A DNA stretch of 64,000 nucleotides from Perkinsus chesapeaki ATCC PRA-425 (lineage: Eukaryota > Protista > Perkinsozoa): contig JAAPAO010000006.1 in NCBI GenBank assembly GCA_013115145.1, positions 132,223 to 196,222 on the forward strand, in the 5' to 3' direction. Position 1 is the first letter of the stretch; each line of letters opens with the position of its first letter. A program made the translations under genes and the position numbers. This document shows, piece after piece, positions 25,822-36,878 of this stretch. The notes beneath the pieces were generated by a model. The model saw nothing but the letters and a program-made list of their open reading frames with translations. It was not told where the DNA came from and did not search any database.

Positions 25822-26913
25822 ATGTCATCAATTGCTCATCCCTCTTCTCATCATCGAGGAGGCCTATTTTGCTTTTGTGTTTTAATGGGAGCGTCTTTGA
25901 CGCTGCTGGCCGTTTGCAGACACTACTCGTGGTTCGATCGCTCGATCCTCGATGGTCGAGCCGAGGCATGGAAGCAACGGTGGCGAAGTGAAGGTGATAT
26001 GCTCGGTGTAGCGAGTCAGGACGACACCCCATGGTGGTCTGACCTGGCTGTTTTCATACTTGGTCTGCTGCTCTGCTTATGGTCCTTACGAATCTCTGCA
26101 GTATCAGAGACCGTTCATCGGGCACAGTACACTGTGCCTCCGGAAGTTATCGGCAACCCCCTGGAGGACGATCCCTCTCACGATGGATATTATGACCAAA
26201 AGGTGAAGCCTTCGTGGAGCTCTAATCAATCAATGATTGCTCTTTGGCTACTGGTGGTCATACCTGTGTCTCAGTCTCTAACATTACCGTGCCTTGTACG
26301 CTTTCTGCCGGTGGGTCTCACAATGCATTTCCTCTACCTTCTGGTTTGCTGCTGGATTTGGTTCCGTTCCTATAGTGGCTGCTGTGGCGGAGTGGTGCCG
26401 GTTCTGTGTGCTATAATAGCGTGGCTGGCCTTCTCGGTTGTCCCATGCCTCCCCTCTCCAAGGAGCTTGTGTGTTGCTCTCTTGGCCGCCGGGAGCGTGG
26501 CGATGATCGCCCTGGGCCAGCTTGAAGCCCTCAGCGTCTGCTGCTCTGGCCCGTTACCGGCCGATTATACTCAACCGGCTCTCACCGTATCAGCGTTGAT
26601 GGTCCTTGGCTTGGCTGCTGCCACATTTTACGCTTATAACCAAATCTTGCCCTTACAAAATGCTCTCATGGGCAAAGAAGGCCTCCTAGTTCAGATTGAG
26701 GTTTGTTTCACAGTGTCCGTGAATGCTGTTGTAGTTCTTGCCTATTTAATAGCAATCCTTCGATCCCCGACGTGGAGCCCTCCGCCCACGGGCCCAAGCA
26801 AGACTGTCAACATAGAGATGGGCGCTCTTGAAGACCCTGGCACGGACTGGGATTCTGGAAGTGATTCTGGTTCGTCCTCAGATGAGGATATTAAACACTT
26901 TTCTGTAGAATAG
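25822..26913 (+). CDS. Intronless 363-aa multi-TM hypothetical protein
   Basis: Single ORF with about 7-8 hydrophobic segments and an acidic Ser-rich tail. Confidence 0.65.
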   Translation: MSSIAHPSSHHRGGLFCFCVLMGASLTLLAVCRHYSWFDRSILDGRAEAWKQRWRSEGDMLGVASQDDTPWWSDLAVFILGLLLCLWSLRISAVSETVHRAQYTVPPEVIGNPLEDDPSHDGYYDQKVKPSWSSNQSMIALWLLVVIPVSQSLTLPCLVRFLPVGLTMHFLYLLVCCWIWFRSYSGCCGGVVPVLCAIIAWLAFSVVPCLPSPRSLCVALLAAGSVAMIALGQLEALSVCCSGPLPADYTQPALTVSALMVLGLAAATFYAYNQILPLQNALMGKEGLLVQIEVCFTVSVNAVVVLAYLIAILRSPTWSPPPTGPSKTVNIEMGALEDPGTDWDSGSDSGSSSDEDIKHFSVE

Positions 26914-27032
26914 GAATGAAGCCAACAGTTGACTAATATTTGTACTATCTTAGACCGCTACTCGCTGTTGCGCTGCGTTTAGGGTTCCACTTTCGGACTT
27001 GCTGCTTCCAGTGACAATTTCTCAGCCATCGG

Positions 27033-28311
27033 ATGCTGCATACTCCCAGGCGATCTCAATCGCTATCGACCTCGTCATCCTCATCTTCGGGCTCCTCATG
27101 CTCTTCGAGTAACGTTGATGTAAGCGTTCTCGGAGCAGCTGCGGCTGCAGCCACTGGGGTGGGCTCAAATAAAGGCCGAAGTATGATCGGCAGTCGGGAC
27201 ATCGAGGATGGACCGTCCGAAGATGGTGTGCTGGATAGAGAATGGCCCGCAGAAGGCGAGGTAATCAAACTGGAACGCGTCCTGGAATGATAGTGTACTA
27301 TGTTAGACGGTTCAATTATGTGGATTAACCAGTTTTCCATGGATGAACGGTGAACATGGTACTGTGGTGGGGTATGACATGCAGCATAACAGGTAGTACC
27401 CGGAGGGTAGGCTTGGCTTCCGATGAGAGTAACAAGGTACGCTATAAAGCTCCAAGATGGAGCCATTAAATCGGTCCGCTTGTTCAATCTGCGACGACCA
27501 AAGAGTATCGGGGCAAGGAACGGTAATGAAGGCGCTTCACCGAATGATGATGAGGCAGAAGAAGACTTCTCCTGGATGCAAAATTACGGATCACAGACGC
27601 CACCTCCACCTCCACCGAGTATCAATTATGCTGCAGCTAATAGCCGCAGACCTTCCTTTGCTAACTCGTCCACTCCAAGCACAGTGTCAAGGCTTGGGGA
27701 ATTTGTCAGAGACGAGATGTCGGCGCTCGCAGACTTAGCTGGGGACATCCGGAATCGAGGAATTACGGGAGTTATGAAGGACGCGGTGGCCGAAGCAAAG
27801 GATATCGTATCCAATCAGGTGCGTTAAGATCGTGTTTGAGATATTTACTCGCGAGCGCCAGGTTGGGCCGAGACTGCCGACAGGCTTTCGTGCTGGCAGG
27901 CAGGAGGAGCAACCGGTGCCGAAGAGTCGATGGAGCAGAGCCTTGAGGTGAGCTCGTTCCCAAAGGCTGAACAACGTCACTCTGCCTATAGGTGGTCACA
28001 ACCGGGTATACTGACATATTTGTTATTTTTAATACTGTCACCAATGGTGCCGAGGTTTGTCGTGAACAGCGTCACTGCCACAACTATTGGGTGAGCGTGT
28101 TGTTGGTTGTTTACTATATTTCATTCGTCTTTACAGGCTATTGTTATCATTGCTACTGGGATGTAATTGCTTGCCTCTTCCAAGGTTGCTAAAAGTTGTT
28201 ATATTATTATGCTGGATTATCGGTGTTGTGGGTTATGCGATATATGAGGAACAAGTTGCTCGTGGAGGTCTCACGATACCATCTATGGCCAGACCATCCA
28301 GGTTCGTTTGA
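27033..28311 (+). CDS. Hypothetical low-complexity protein with probable C-terminal TM
   Basis: Ser/Ala-rich N-terminus, poly-Pro, terminal LLKVVILLCWIIGVVGYAIYEE... Confidence 0.45.
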
Positions 28312-28549
28312 TAGCAAATTCCCTCCTATCTGTTGTGTTCCGAGTCTCGTGTCTGGATGTAAAGCTCTAACACGTAGAACAATCGCCGTGTGCTGGCCAC
28401 AGTTATTGGTCATAATGAAACCGAAAATTGGGAGAACGCAAATCAGACTTTATTCGACAAAGACAAGAAATGCACGTAGGCGACATTGGTCAATGAGTAT
28501 CAAAACCTAGCAGTTACTGGGTGTACCTACAGTAGTACGTTGCAAAACA

Positions 28550-30387
28550 ACTAAAAACGGTTTAAAACAACATACTGATCGAACTCTATGGACAGGCAAG
28601 GCTAATGGTAGCTTGATCCGCGACCCCTCCTGGGCTTCCGCGACTTGCAGTATGTCATCGAGACGCTGCTGTAACTCATTTTTGTACCTAAAAAATTGAT
28701 TTTAGATTTGAGATCGTGGGAAACTACCATCTCATTTCTTCTCCCAATTGCCGCATGATGTTTTTGTGTACATCTCTTAGTTGTTGATTGTGCACGAGAG
28801 GGGCGGACTGTAGCGCTTGATTATCTAATGCCAGATGACGACAGGACGTTGACATCTCCCTCGCATCAGCCAGTGCGGGTTTCCTAACCGCTGTTGTTTC
28901 TAATAGTCTTCTCCCTTCTTCGTGTCCTGATCCATAACATAGTCTCACATCCAGGAGAGACTGAAGGCTACCCCGTAGGCCAGGAAAAAGTTTAGACAAC
29001 TCGTTCCCCAAGTCGGACCCCTCCGGCAGATCTCGTACGGTCTTAGTGAGAGGGACTGCTGCTCACCAACTGTAAGCTTCTGTTCATTACCCTTGGGCGA
29101 ACAGTGAATGCTTTTAGCCTGCTAGACTTTAGCCGCCTCTGTTTTGGGTGCGGGGGAGGCTAATGATTAAATAGGCTTCAATATTGAATATTGAATATTC
29201 CATTCTAGTCCGCGCTACTCTCAGCTTCACTCGGTTTCGTATCTCTGATGGGATCAGAACGTTTTGAATGACATCCATGGTGTATCCGGGTTCGGTCAAG
29301 AACGTCTCCGTCGGTTGGCTCGCTTCCTGAAATCGACATGGCGCTGTGTGTTGGTGGTGAGCGTGTCCTGAGCGTGCTTAGCCTACTACTGCTGGAGTTG
29401 TCCTAGTGTAGTGTGCAAGGGCATCGGTAGCCGTCAAGCTCTTCCCTGGTTTTAAATCGGCTTAACACTGCTTTGGTGGTAGCTCGCACTCACTGGTCTC
29501 ATCCAATTGGCTGCGCAATCGTTGAATTGCAGCGGCTCTCGTTCTCTTACTCTTTTCCTGAGAAAAGCGAGTAGTAGCGAATAACTTTGGGTTCGACCAG
29601 TATTAGTCGCACGCAGAGCTTTTGTTCCTTTTGAAGACGTTCGTGCAGTAGAAGTTTTTGCTGGTTTCTTTCCTCCTGGCGCCTAGCTTGTTTAGACTCA
29701 ACTTTGAGCCTACGAGTAAACTAGCTGAGCCTCCATAAGCAACACGAATGTCAGGCGTGAGCCCCACCTTTGCTGCTTCAGCGCGCGTTCTTCCTGTTGT
29801 TTCCGTCTACTATCCTTTTCGCGCCTCTGGCGCATATTACGCAAAAACCTGCTCGAGTCGGGTCTAATAGTCTAGAGTGAAGTTACTTCGGTTCTACTTA
29901 CTCCGGCTGTCGTTGGTGCGAATCTACTCGCCTCGGAGAGGGTATCCGGTGAAGTTCGGGATTCCTGCAGCGGTGCAGGAAATATTACTGTTATCCCCAA
30001 GATTTGGTACTCTGACGAGCTTACGATCCTAGCATGTCTCCCGACTCGTCCAGTAGTCGAGTCAGAGAATCTACAGCGCTTCTTGCGAGAGCGCCTGGTG
30101 ACCCGCTCCTGGCCGAAAATTGTGAATCCTCGGTGGCATCAGATGGCCGGTGAATGGTTCCTCGCCAGTTTCTTGGGTTGTTGAACCGTGGTAGCGTGTG
30201 GGTGGCACGTCGATCTGACATAGGTTTCAGTCAGTCGATGTTCGGGACTCAAGGTTCACGTCTCTGGAGTCTCACCAAAATCTCGTTGACTCCGTTGATC
30301 AGGTATGTACTGCGAGGTAGAAGAGAAGTTTGTGACTACTCCAGGGGAAGTGAAACGGGAGGCAAATGAGCGCCAACCACTCGACAT
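28550..30387 (-). CDS. Hypothetical coiled-coil protein (ends uncertain)
   Basis: Spliceable frames MSSGWRSFASRF..., DRRATHTLPRF..., FESKQARRQEERNQQKLL..., YKNELQQRLDDILQ. Confidence 0.4.
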
Positions 30388-30493
30388 GTTACGTGAGACA
30401 ATTCTTGCATATCGCTGTACAATTACTAGCACACAACAAGGACGTTATGCATCGCACGCAATAGCAATAGTACAACAGCATGACGACGAGTTT

Positions 30494-33403
30494 TCAAAGC
30501 ATGAGCAAAAACTTGATGTCGTCATATCGGGCGAGATCTAGAGGAGCGTTGCCTTTCTCATCTGGCAAGAGAAATGCTCGGCCAAGTGGATTGAGTGTGA
30601 TCTCACCTTTCAAGTACTTATCGGCACCTCTTTCGAGAAGCTCCTGCACAACTTCAACGGCGGCTGCTAGTTTCTTCTGTCCAGCTGCGGAAGTAGCTGA
30701 ACCCGATACTGATGCCTGACACTCAAGAGTGAGGCAAGACGGGTATTCTCACACGCACCGCTTGATGGAGAGCCGTGAGCCCGTATCGGTTCTGGACATC
30801 AGGGTCAGCCTTAGCGTCGAGAAGAAGCGATACTATGTCGCGATTCCCTTGCTGAGCAGCATAATGTAGCGCAGTGTCACCGTACCTTAGCGAATTCAAT
30901 TATTCCATACGATGTATGAGACAGCCTGGCCCGGAACTAGATGGCAAACTTACGCATTTATCTGCTTCACAAGCTCAGGCCAATTTTCTTCCCCAGCCTT
31001 CCGAAGGATTTCTCGCACCTGCATTGCATGGAAGACCAATCAACCAACCAACAAGCAATGCAACTGCCACCTTCTCGTCTTCACTCCTAACACATGCATA
31101 CATCAGCGGTGAGATGCTCATCATGCCCTGTTCTTCTGCTTCCGGGGCTTTACGTGTTACTGTCTTAATCACACCGTCACCAGCCTGACGATTTCCACAA
31201 AATATAGGGAAGTTGATTCCCATGGAATAAGCCAAACAACATAAGTATGCGTATAGGTGGGACACCCCAGTCTTACAGCATCATCTTCTGGGTTATGTTC
31301 GGTTATACTGACCACCGAGAATTTTGCTGCTTTTTTCGTCTCTCGTAACATTCTAACCGATAAGCACTCTCAGCGGGTAAACTAGATCCACGAGATTTAC
31401 CTCCTGATCTCGGCGTCTTTGGCCAAGGCATAAGGGGCCTTGCCCTTATCTGTAGTTAGTTCACGATCGGCTCCGCTTTCGAGAAGAAGCTTTACTATGT
31501 CTGTGTGTCCGAGCTATGGAGCACAAAACTCCCGGGCTGGGTAGTGTTTTGCTTCTCACTTGAGCTGCATGGTGGAGTGCGGTTTGACCGAAATCGTTTT
31601 GGATATCCACTTCCGCACTGTGAGCAATGAGCTCTTCCACAACTTTCTTCAAGCCTGTCAAGGCTGAGTTATGTAGGTGCAGAGCGCAGGCGATGCTATA
31701 CCTCCTTGCACACCGTAGTGTAGTGCGGTGTCTCCGTAGGCGTTCTTCAAATTGATGTCGATGTCTTTGTTCCTGGAAAACCGCATCCACACGACGCCAC
31801 TCGTACAGCCGCTTAACTGCAGGAGTTCCCGAACCATCTTCTCATCCTTCTTAACACACGCGTATTGCAGGGGACTATAAGAACTAGAAAACGAGCCCAC
31901 TGCCCTTCGCTGATCACTGTATAACTGGCGGCCCGAAGGCCCGGAAATGGAAGGTTCCTGAGCAAGGGAGTTCTCGAAGTGGGCGCGGAACTGCAGGACT
32001 AACCCGTGCGTCGTGACCGATTCGGTCTTCTGGTGCGATCATGACTTTTCTTATCGGTGCCTTGCTTTCTTCTGACATGTTCGAAGGTAGCATACCTGAT
32101 GCTTCACCGAATGAACGAACCAGAGACAAGGTTTAGGACCTTCCGGCAACATTCCTCGCTTCTGCTTTTTATCCCACAGGGCCCCATAATCTAAGATTCG
32201 ATCTGTATGAGCAGCGTGGCTGTATTGCCGAAACCTTTAAGTGTAGCAAAGATCTCAGGGCTCCCCTTAGCAGCGTGATCGATAGGAAATTGTCCAAACT
32301 GGTTTTGCGCATGAACGTCCGCGTCATGTTGGAGCAAGGTCTCAACCATTTCAATATCCTGGCCTGACCAAGTAACCCGTGTGCTAACGTTGGTTTCCCA
32401 CAATCACCTTTGCAAGCGTAGTGCAGAGCCGTGTCGCCATATACATTCCTAACCCTAACTTGGGCAGGATCGGTTCGGATGATTTGCTAAGAGAACGATA
32501 TGGAGAAGATTAGAATCTCGTTTAACTCACCCTAACAGCTACCAAATCTTTCCTAGTGCACGCATACATGAGATCAGTAAACTCACTGACCCCCGCAGCT
32601 TCGTCAACACCATTGCGAAGCATGTCGCCGCTATATTTTCTCCCTAGGAATAAGAATCTCGGCTGAAGTGCTTTACTGTGCTACTTTCGGAGCCACGTTC
32701 CGTGCTAGTCGGGGGATGAAGATCTCCTTCGATTTCTTTTCGTATTGTCTAGGACACAATCAATCACAAAGTTTCTTTTTCGTAACTGTCGCACTTCAGA
32801 ATCCCAAGGTTTCGTTTCGCTCAGGGCTCGCCTCGTCTTCGAATCCTTTGTTACATCTATTGCTCGTTTACCTACACGTAGCCACTGTGGACCTCGAGTG
32901 TGGACCACTCCCGCACCTTTCTGTGAGAGGGCTTCTGTGTCAGCTCCAAAATGAATTAAATGAATGCACACCGACGCTTGGCCCATTTGCGCGGCATGAT
33001 GTAGCGGGGTCTGACCGTAGCTGTTTGCAAGATTGACAGATGCTTTGTGCCTGTCAGCACGAAGGATGCTTCGTCGGTCCCAGGGGCTCTAATTAAGGGT
33101 ATCTCAGCTTACTTCAGAAGGGAAAGAACAATTTCATCATCGCCATTGCCCGCTGCGTAATGGAGAGCAGAATCACCGTAGGCATTTTTATGATCGACAT
33201 CTACCCCCGCTGTTAAGAGAGCTTTCACTGCTTTAGAGTCCTGAGAAGATTTCTATACTAGAAGAATTCTCTACGGATGCACTACTCACCCTTTTAACGC
33301 AACTGTACTGTAGAGGACTGAACTGAGCCACACCCCCAGTGCCAAATGTTTGTTTCTCCTCTTCTTTGCTTTTGGACAGACCAGACTCTCCAGGAGGAGG
33401 CAT
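30494..33403 (-). CDS. Ankyrin-repeat protein with three repeat modules
   Basis: KNAYGDSALHYAA, KNAYGDTALHY, QNDFGQTALHHAA, QNRYGLTALHQA; each module begins SPL(Q/M)Y(S/A)CV. Confidence 0.85.
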
Positions 33404-33476
33404 AAGGATGGGGGAATGGGAGCCCTGTGCGGGTTCACCACGAATTGACCGACGAAACAACGACTAAACCGGAAAC

Positions 33477-33987
33477 TTAGTGCGTTCGGTCACTAGACTC
33501 ATGACCATCAATCTTCAACCCTTCTTCCGCGAGTCGACCGTGTTCTTTCATACATTTGCGGAAAGCGACTAATTCTGTTTGGCATTTACGCCAATCTCTG
33601 TCGTTATCCACGATACACTCTTCGAGGACGTTATACGATTCAGAACCTGCCGGGTAGTCGGTAAAAACTCCAGTGGAAATTTAGTCTGTTATTAAACAAA
33701 CCAACCTAAAACTGGCTGAAATATCTTGGATAAACTGACTCGAGTACTAGGGGAATAATCCTAGTCCTATTACGCCAACTAAAGGACCTGTTGACCAGCA
33801 GTTCTTGGAAAGCACGCGCGTCACAGGTTCCGCAATGAACGAGCTAACGAGATAATCAGTACGTACAGCCTGTCTCGTCAATCTTGTCGTCAATATCAGG
33901 AGCGTCATACAGTCCTTGAAGGTCTGGTACGACCTCTACTGGAACTGGTGCGCTATCAGAAGCACCGTCCCCTAAGGAGCTGGACAT
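33477..33987 (-). CDS. COA4: COA4/CMC-type twin Cx9C mitochondrial IMS protein
   Basis: Two exons (intron 33647-33866): DDKIDETG|CSESYNVLEEC-IVDNDRDWRK-CQTELVAFRKC. Confidence 0.78.
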
Positions 33988-34186
33988 TATGGATAACGAG
34001 CTGCAATCTAACGACGCAAAACTTGTACTTGAATAGGGAATACAACTCGCGAAACGCTGATTACTGTGAACAAGCGATTTGGGGAACAGTGGTGGAAGTA
34101 ACAACTCAACACTTAGGTATACTGGGGATACTGATAAGGATTTACGTATACCCTCGTGGAACAGCCAAGGAAAATAGAGGCCGCTA

Positions 34187-35109
34187 TCACTCGGACTTAT
34201 TATGCTTCTTCTTGTACCTGCGATTACCAACGGGGAGACTTGATTTTACATGGTCGTTACCTTCTCATCATACTTTCCAGTTGGAGATGCATTTTCGGTT
34301 GACCCTTCTTGGTCCTAGCTGACAGCAAGCGCCCATGCGCACGTCTGAATTGAGGCATGGCATAAGAATAACCCCAAGCAATACACACCTCTCTTTTGCA
34401 GCTCGGATCTTCTGGTTCTTTATCTCTTCCTCCCGTTCTTCTTTTTCTCTCTGCTGCCGTTCCCGCTCTGAACACAGACAATTCGGCATAAAAACATGCG
34501 AAACATCGGCTACCGGCTTCTCTTTTCTGATGCAGACGCTGCTCCTTTTTGAACGGGTTCTTCCTGGCTTCCAATTCCTTCGCCGCAGGTAAGGCAGGTG
34601 GAGCCTCGCCTGGAGACAAAAACGCTAACAGATGACACTGAAGCGCCGATATACTAGGTTCGTCATCGATAGGAGGCTCTTCTTCAGCAAGCGGCGCCGC
34701 TTCATTCTTTTCCACTTCGATCTCAGCAGGAGACACGTCATCCGCAATAGGAGCTTGCAGATGGGCGGGGTCTGTGTCCTCCACAGCAACTGTCGTCTCT
34801 CCAGTTGGTTGTGTCACGCGCGGCTTGCCGAAAGGGTTGAACAAGCGATCTAAGAGCCGAAGCGTTCAACCCCGGTCGGTCCGGTCCGTCTCTCACCTTC
34901 GTAATCCTCACGGCCTGTAGCCACACTTTCAGAGGCGCCCTCGTGCTGCAGCATCCGATGGTACCTTCAGATGTCTTACTCATGAATTGCTTGAAAACAT
35001 TGACATACTTTTTCACTTGTTTCGCCTTTCTTTGGAACTTTTGTTGCTTTTCCCGTCTTTTGAACTCATTATACCCCGTTGAGGGCTTGGACCGAGGATT
35101 AGGGCCCAT
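34187..35109 (-). CDS. FYV7/TAP26-like rRNA-processing protein
   Basis: Basic N-terminus (KRREKQQKFQRKAKQVKKY), charged coiled coil, C-terminal RTKKGQPKMHLQLESMM. Confidence 0.65.
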
Positions 35110-35294
35110 CGCAATAGAAACCTGTCGCAACGGTGAACAGTCGTCGCAAAAGCCACCGAACGCGAGACCGTCTTGTTTCATACGAAACACATCAGCATAC
35201 CGTGATAGTGCTTCAGGCTCGTGGGAGCTGCCATCATCCCTGCGGGCGGCTTTTGCTTGAGTCAGCAGAATTGAGAAAAACGACGGACAAGTAT

Positions 35295-36615
35295 TCAAGA
35301 AGACAACCTCACTGCCTGCTTCCGGTACTCTTCGAAAGCAATGAATGCTATCGTAGTATATGGCCCGATGCGCACCTGTCAACCATTACCCTTCAAGCTC
35401 CGCCATGAGGCGAGTCAAAGGTGCCCCGTCACGTTCCTTACCCAGTTAGGAATGAAACCTTTATAAAGAGCGAACACTCCCTCAGACTTCACAGTTTTCA
35501 CCAGACAATCAGTCAAGCCTTTGTATGCCCTACGAGCGATGAACATCTGGAATCTGGAGTGTGCGACTGCCTACCTCCCCTTGGTTAGATCTTGATTCAT
35601 CAGCCGAGTTTTCGCAACGTCCACCGGCGTACTCACAATTGCGGCCACAAGTCCCGCGATCATAGAGGATACAAAATAACTAAGATGAATTTGCCCCCGG
35701 AAATAAGCGGTACTGGAGTTACCTGAAGGTGTTATCGCCAAAAACCTTGACAATTTCTTCCTTGCATTGATCGTAAGTTGCGAGCTCTGCCGCGTTCACC
35801 AAGAACGCTCGCTGCATGTTTGGTATCACTCCAACGCTGAGCGAACTCAATAGTCATCGGGAATGCACACCGACCCTACGCACCTGATTCCTTTCATGCC
35901 CTCAGCCTTGTACATTTTATACAGGCCATCGAAAACGTTCCGGTAGCGACGCTCAGCCCCAACTTTTAAATCACCCTGCATCCTAACCTGTAAGGAAAAA
36001 TAATCATAATACATTTTTCAAGCCTCAGCGGTAAGTACTTTGATGACATCCACGGGATTTATAAGGGCTGATCCGATAATACCACCGACACCACCCGCAA
36101 GTATCTTAACCTTCAACGAAGCCGAAGACTCTGAGAGAAGACAAGCAAGCCTCAGTAGCGTACAACAGTGCCGATGATGCGACTCCTGTTCCCAAGCCGA
36201 CAGGAGCATTACTGTCTTCTCCCAACAACTTGCAAGTTTCATCTCTCAACGGCTCATATAGAGCAAATACAAGTCCCCGATAGAGCCCCTGTCTGACCAA
36301 GGCCGCTGAAAAGCCCTTGTAAAGCCCCGTTGGCCCTTCGTTGTGGTATACCTAAAAGCACGAGTAAAGTGCTCCTTCAAAAAACATACTTTTTTAATGG
36401 CGTCAGCCATCCCGTTATATCGCTTAGCACCTCCTGCTTCACCTGAGAGTTGCAAGCGAGTCTTTGAAGTGTCTATCGGGTATCTGATACATTAATTGAT
36501 CCGAACACGAAAAGTCAACCGTGTCACAGTGCTACGTGAAAAAATCGGCGGTTTGGCTTGCAAATGCCCCTGCAATGGGTCTCACCCACCACTTCTCGTC
36601 CGCGTGGGCCTGCAT
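35295..36615 (-). CDS. Mitochondrial carrier (SLC25; UCP/dicarboxylate-oxoglutarate carrier-like)
   Basis: Three Px[DE]xxKxR signatures: [30 protein letters not shown]; LYKGFIPNW; [10 protein letters not shown]. Confidence 0.9.
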
Positions 36616-36878
36616 AATAAAGCTTGCTCAAGAGAGAGAAATCGCTGTAGAAGATTAAGTGCGTTTTTTCCATATCTCATGTAGGTCGACGAGAGAACTA
36701 TGACCCGATTCGTTGGAACACAAGATAACTTTATTATGGATTAATAAAAAAATGCAACAACCAAGATACGATGTACAGCGCCACTGCTCCGGAACGTCTT
36801 GTGACGGAGGCTCAAGCGGCTAAGGTGAAAAATGGTTACACGCTACGTGATAGATACGATCGTCTGATTGGATGGAAG

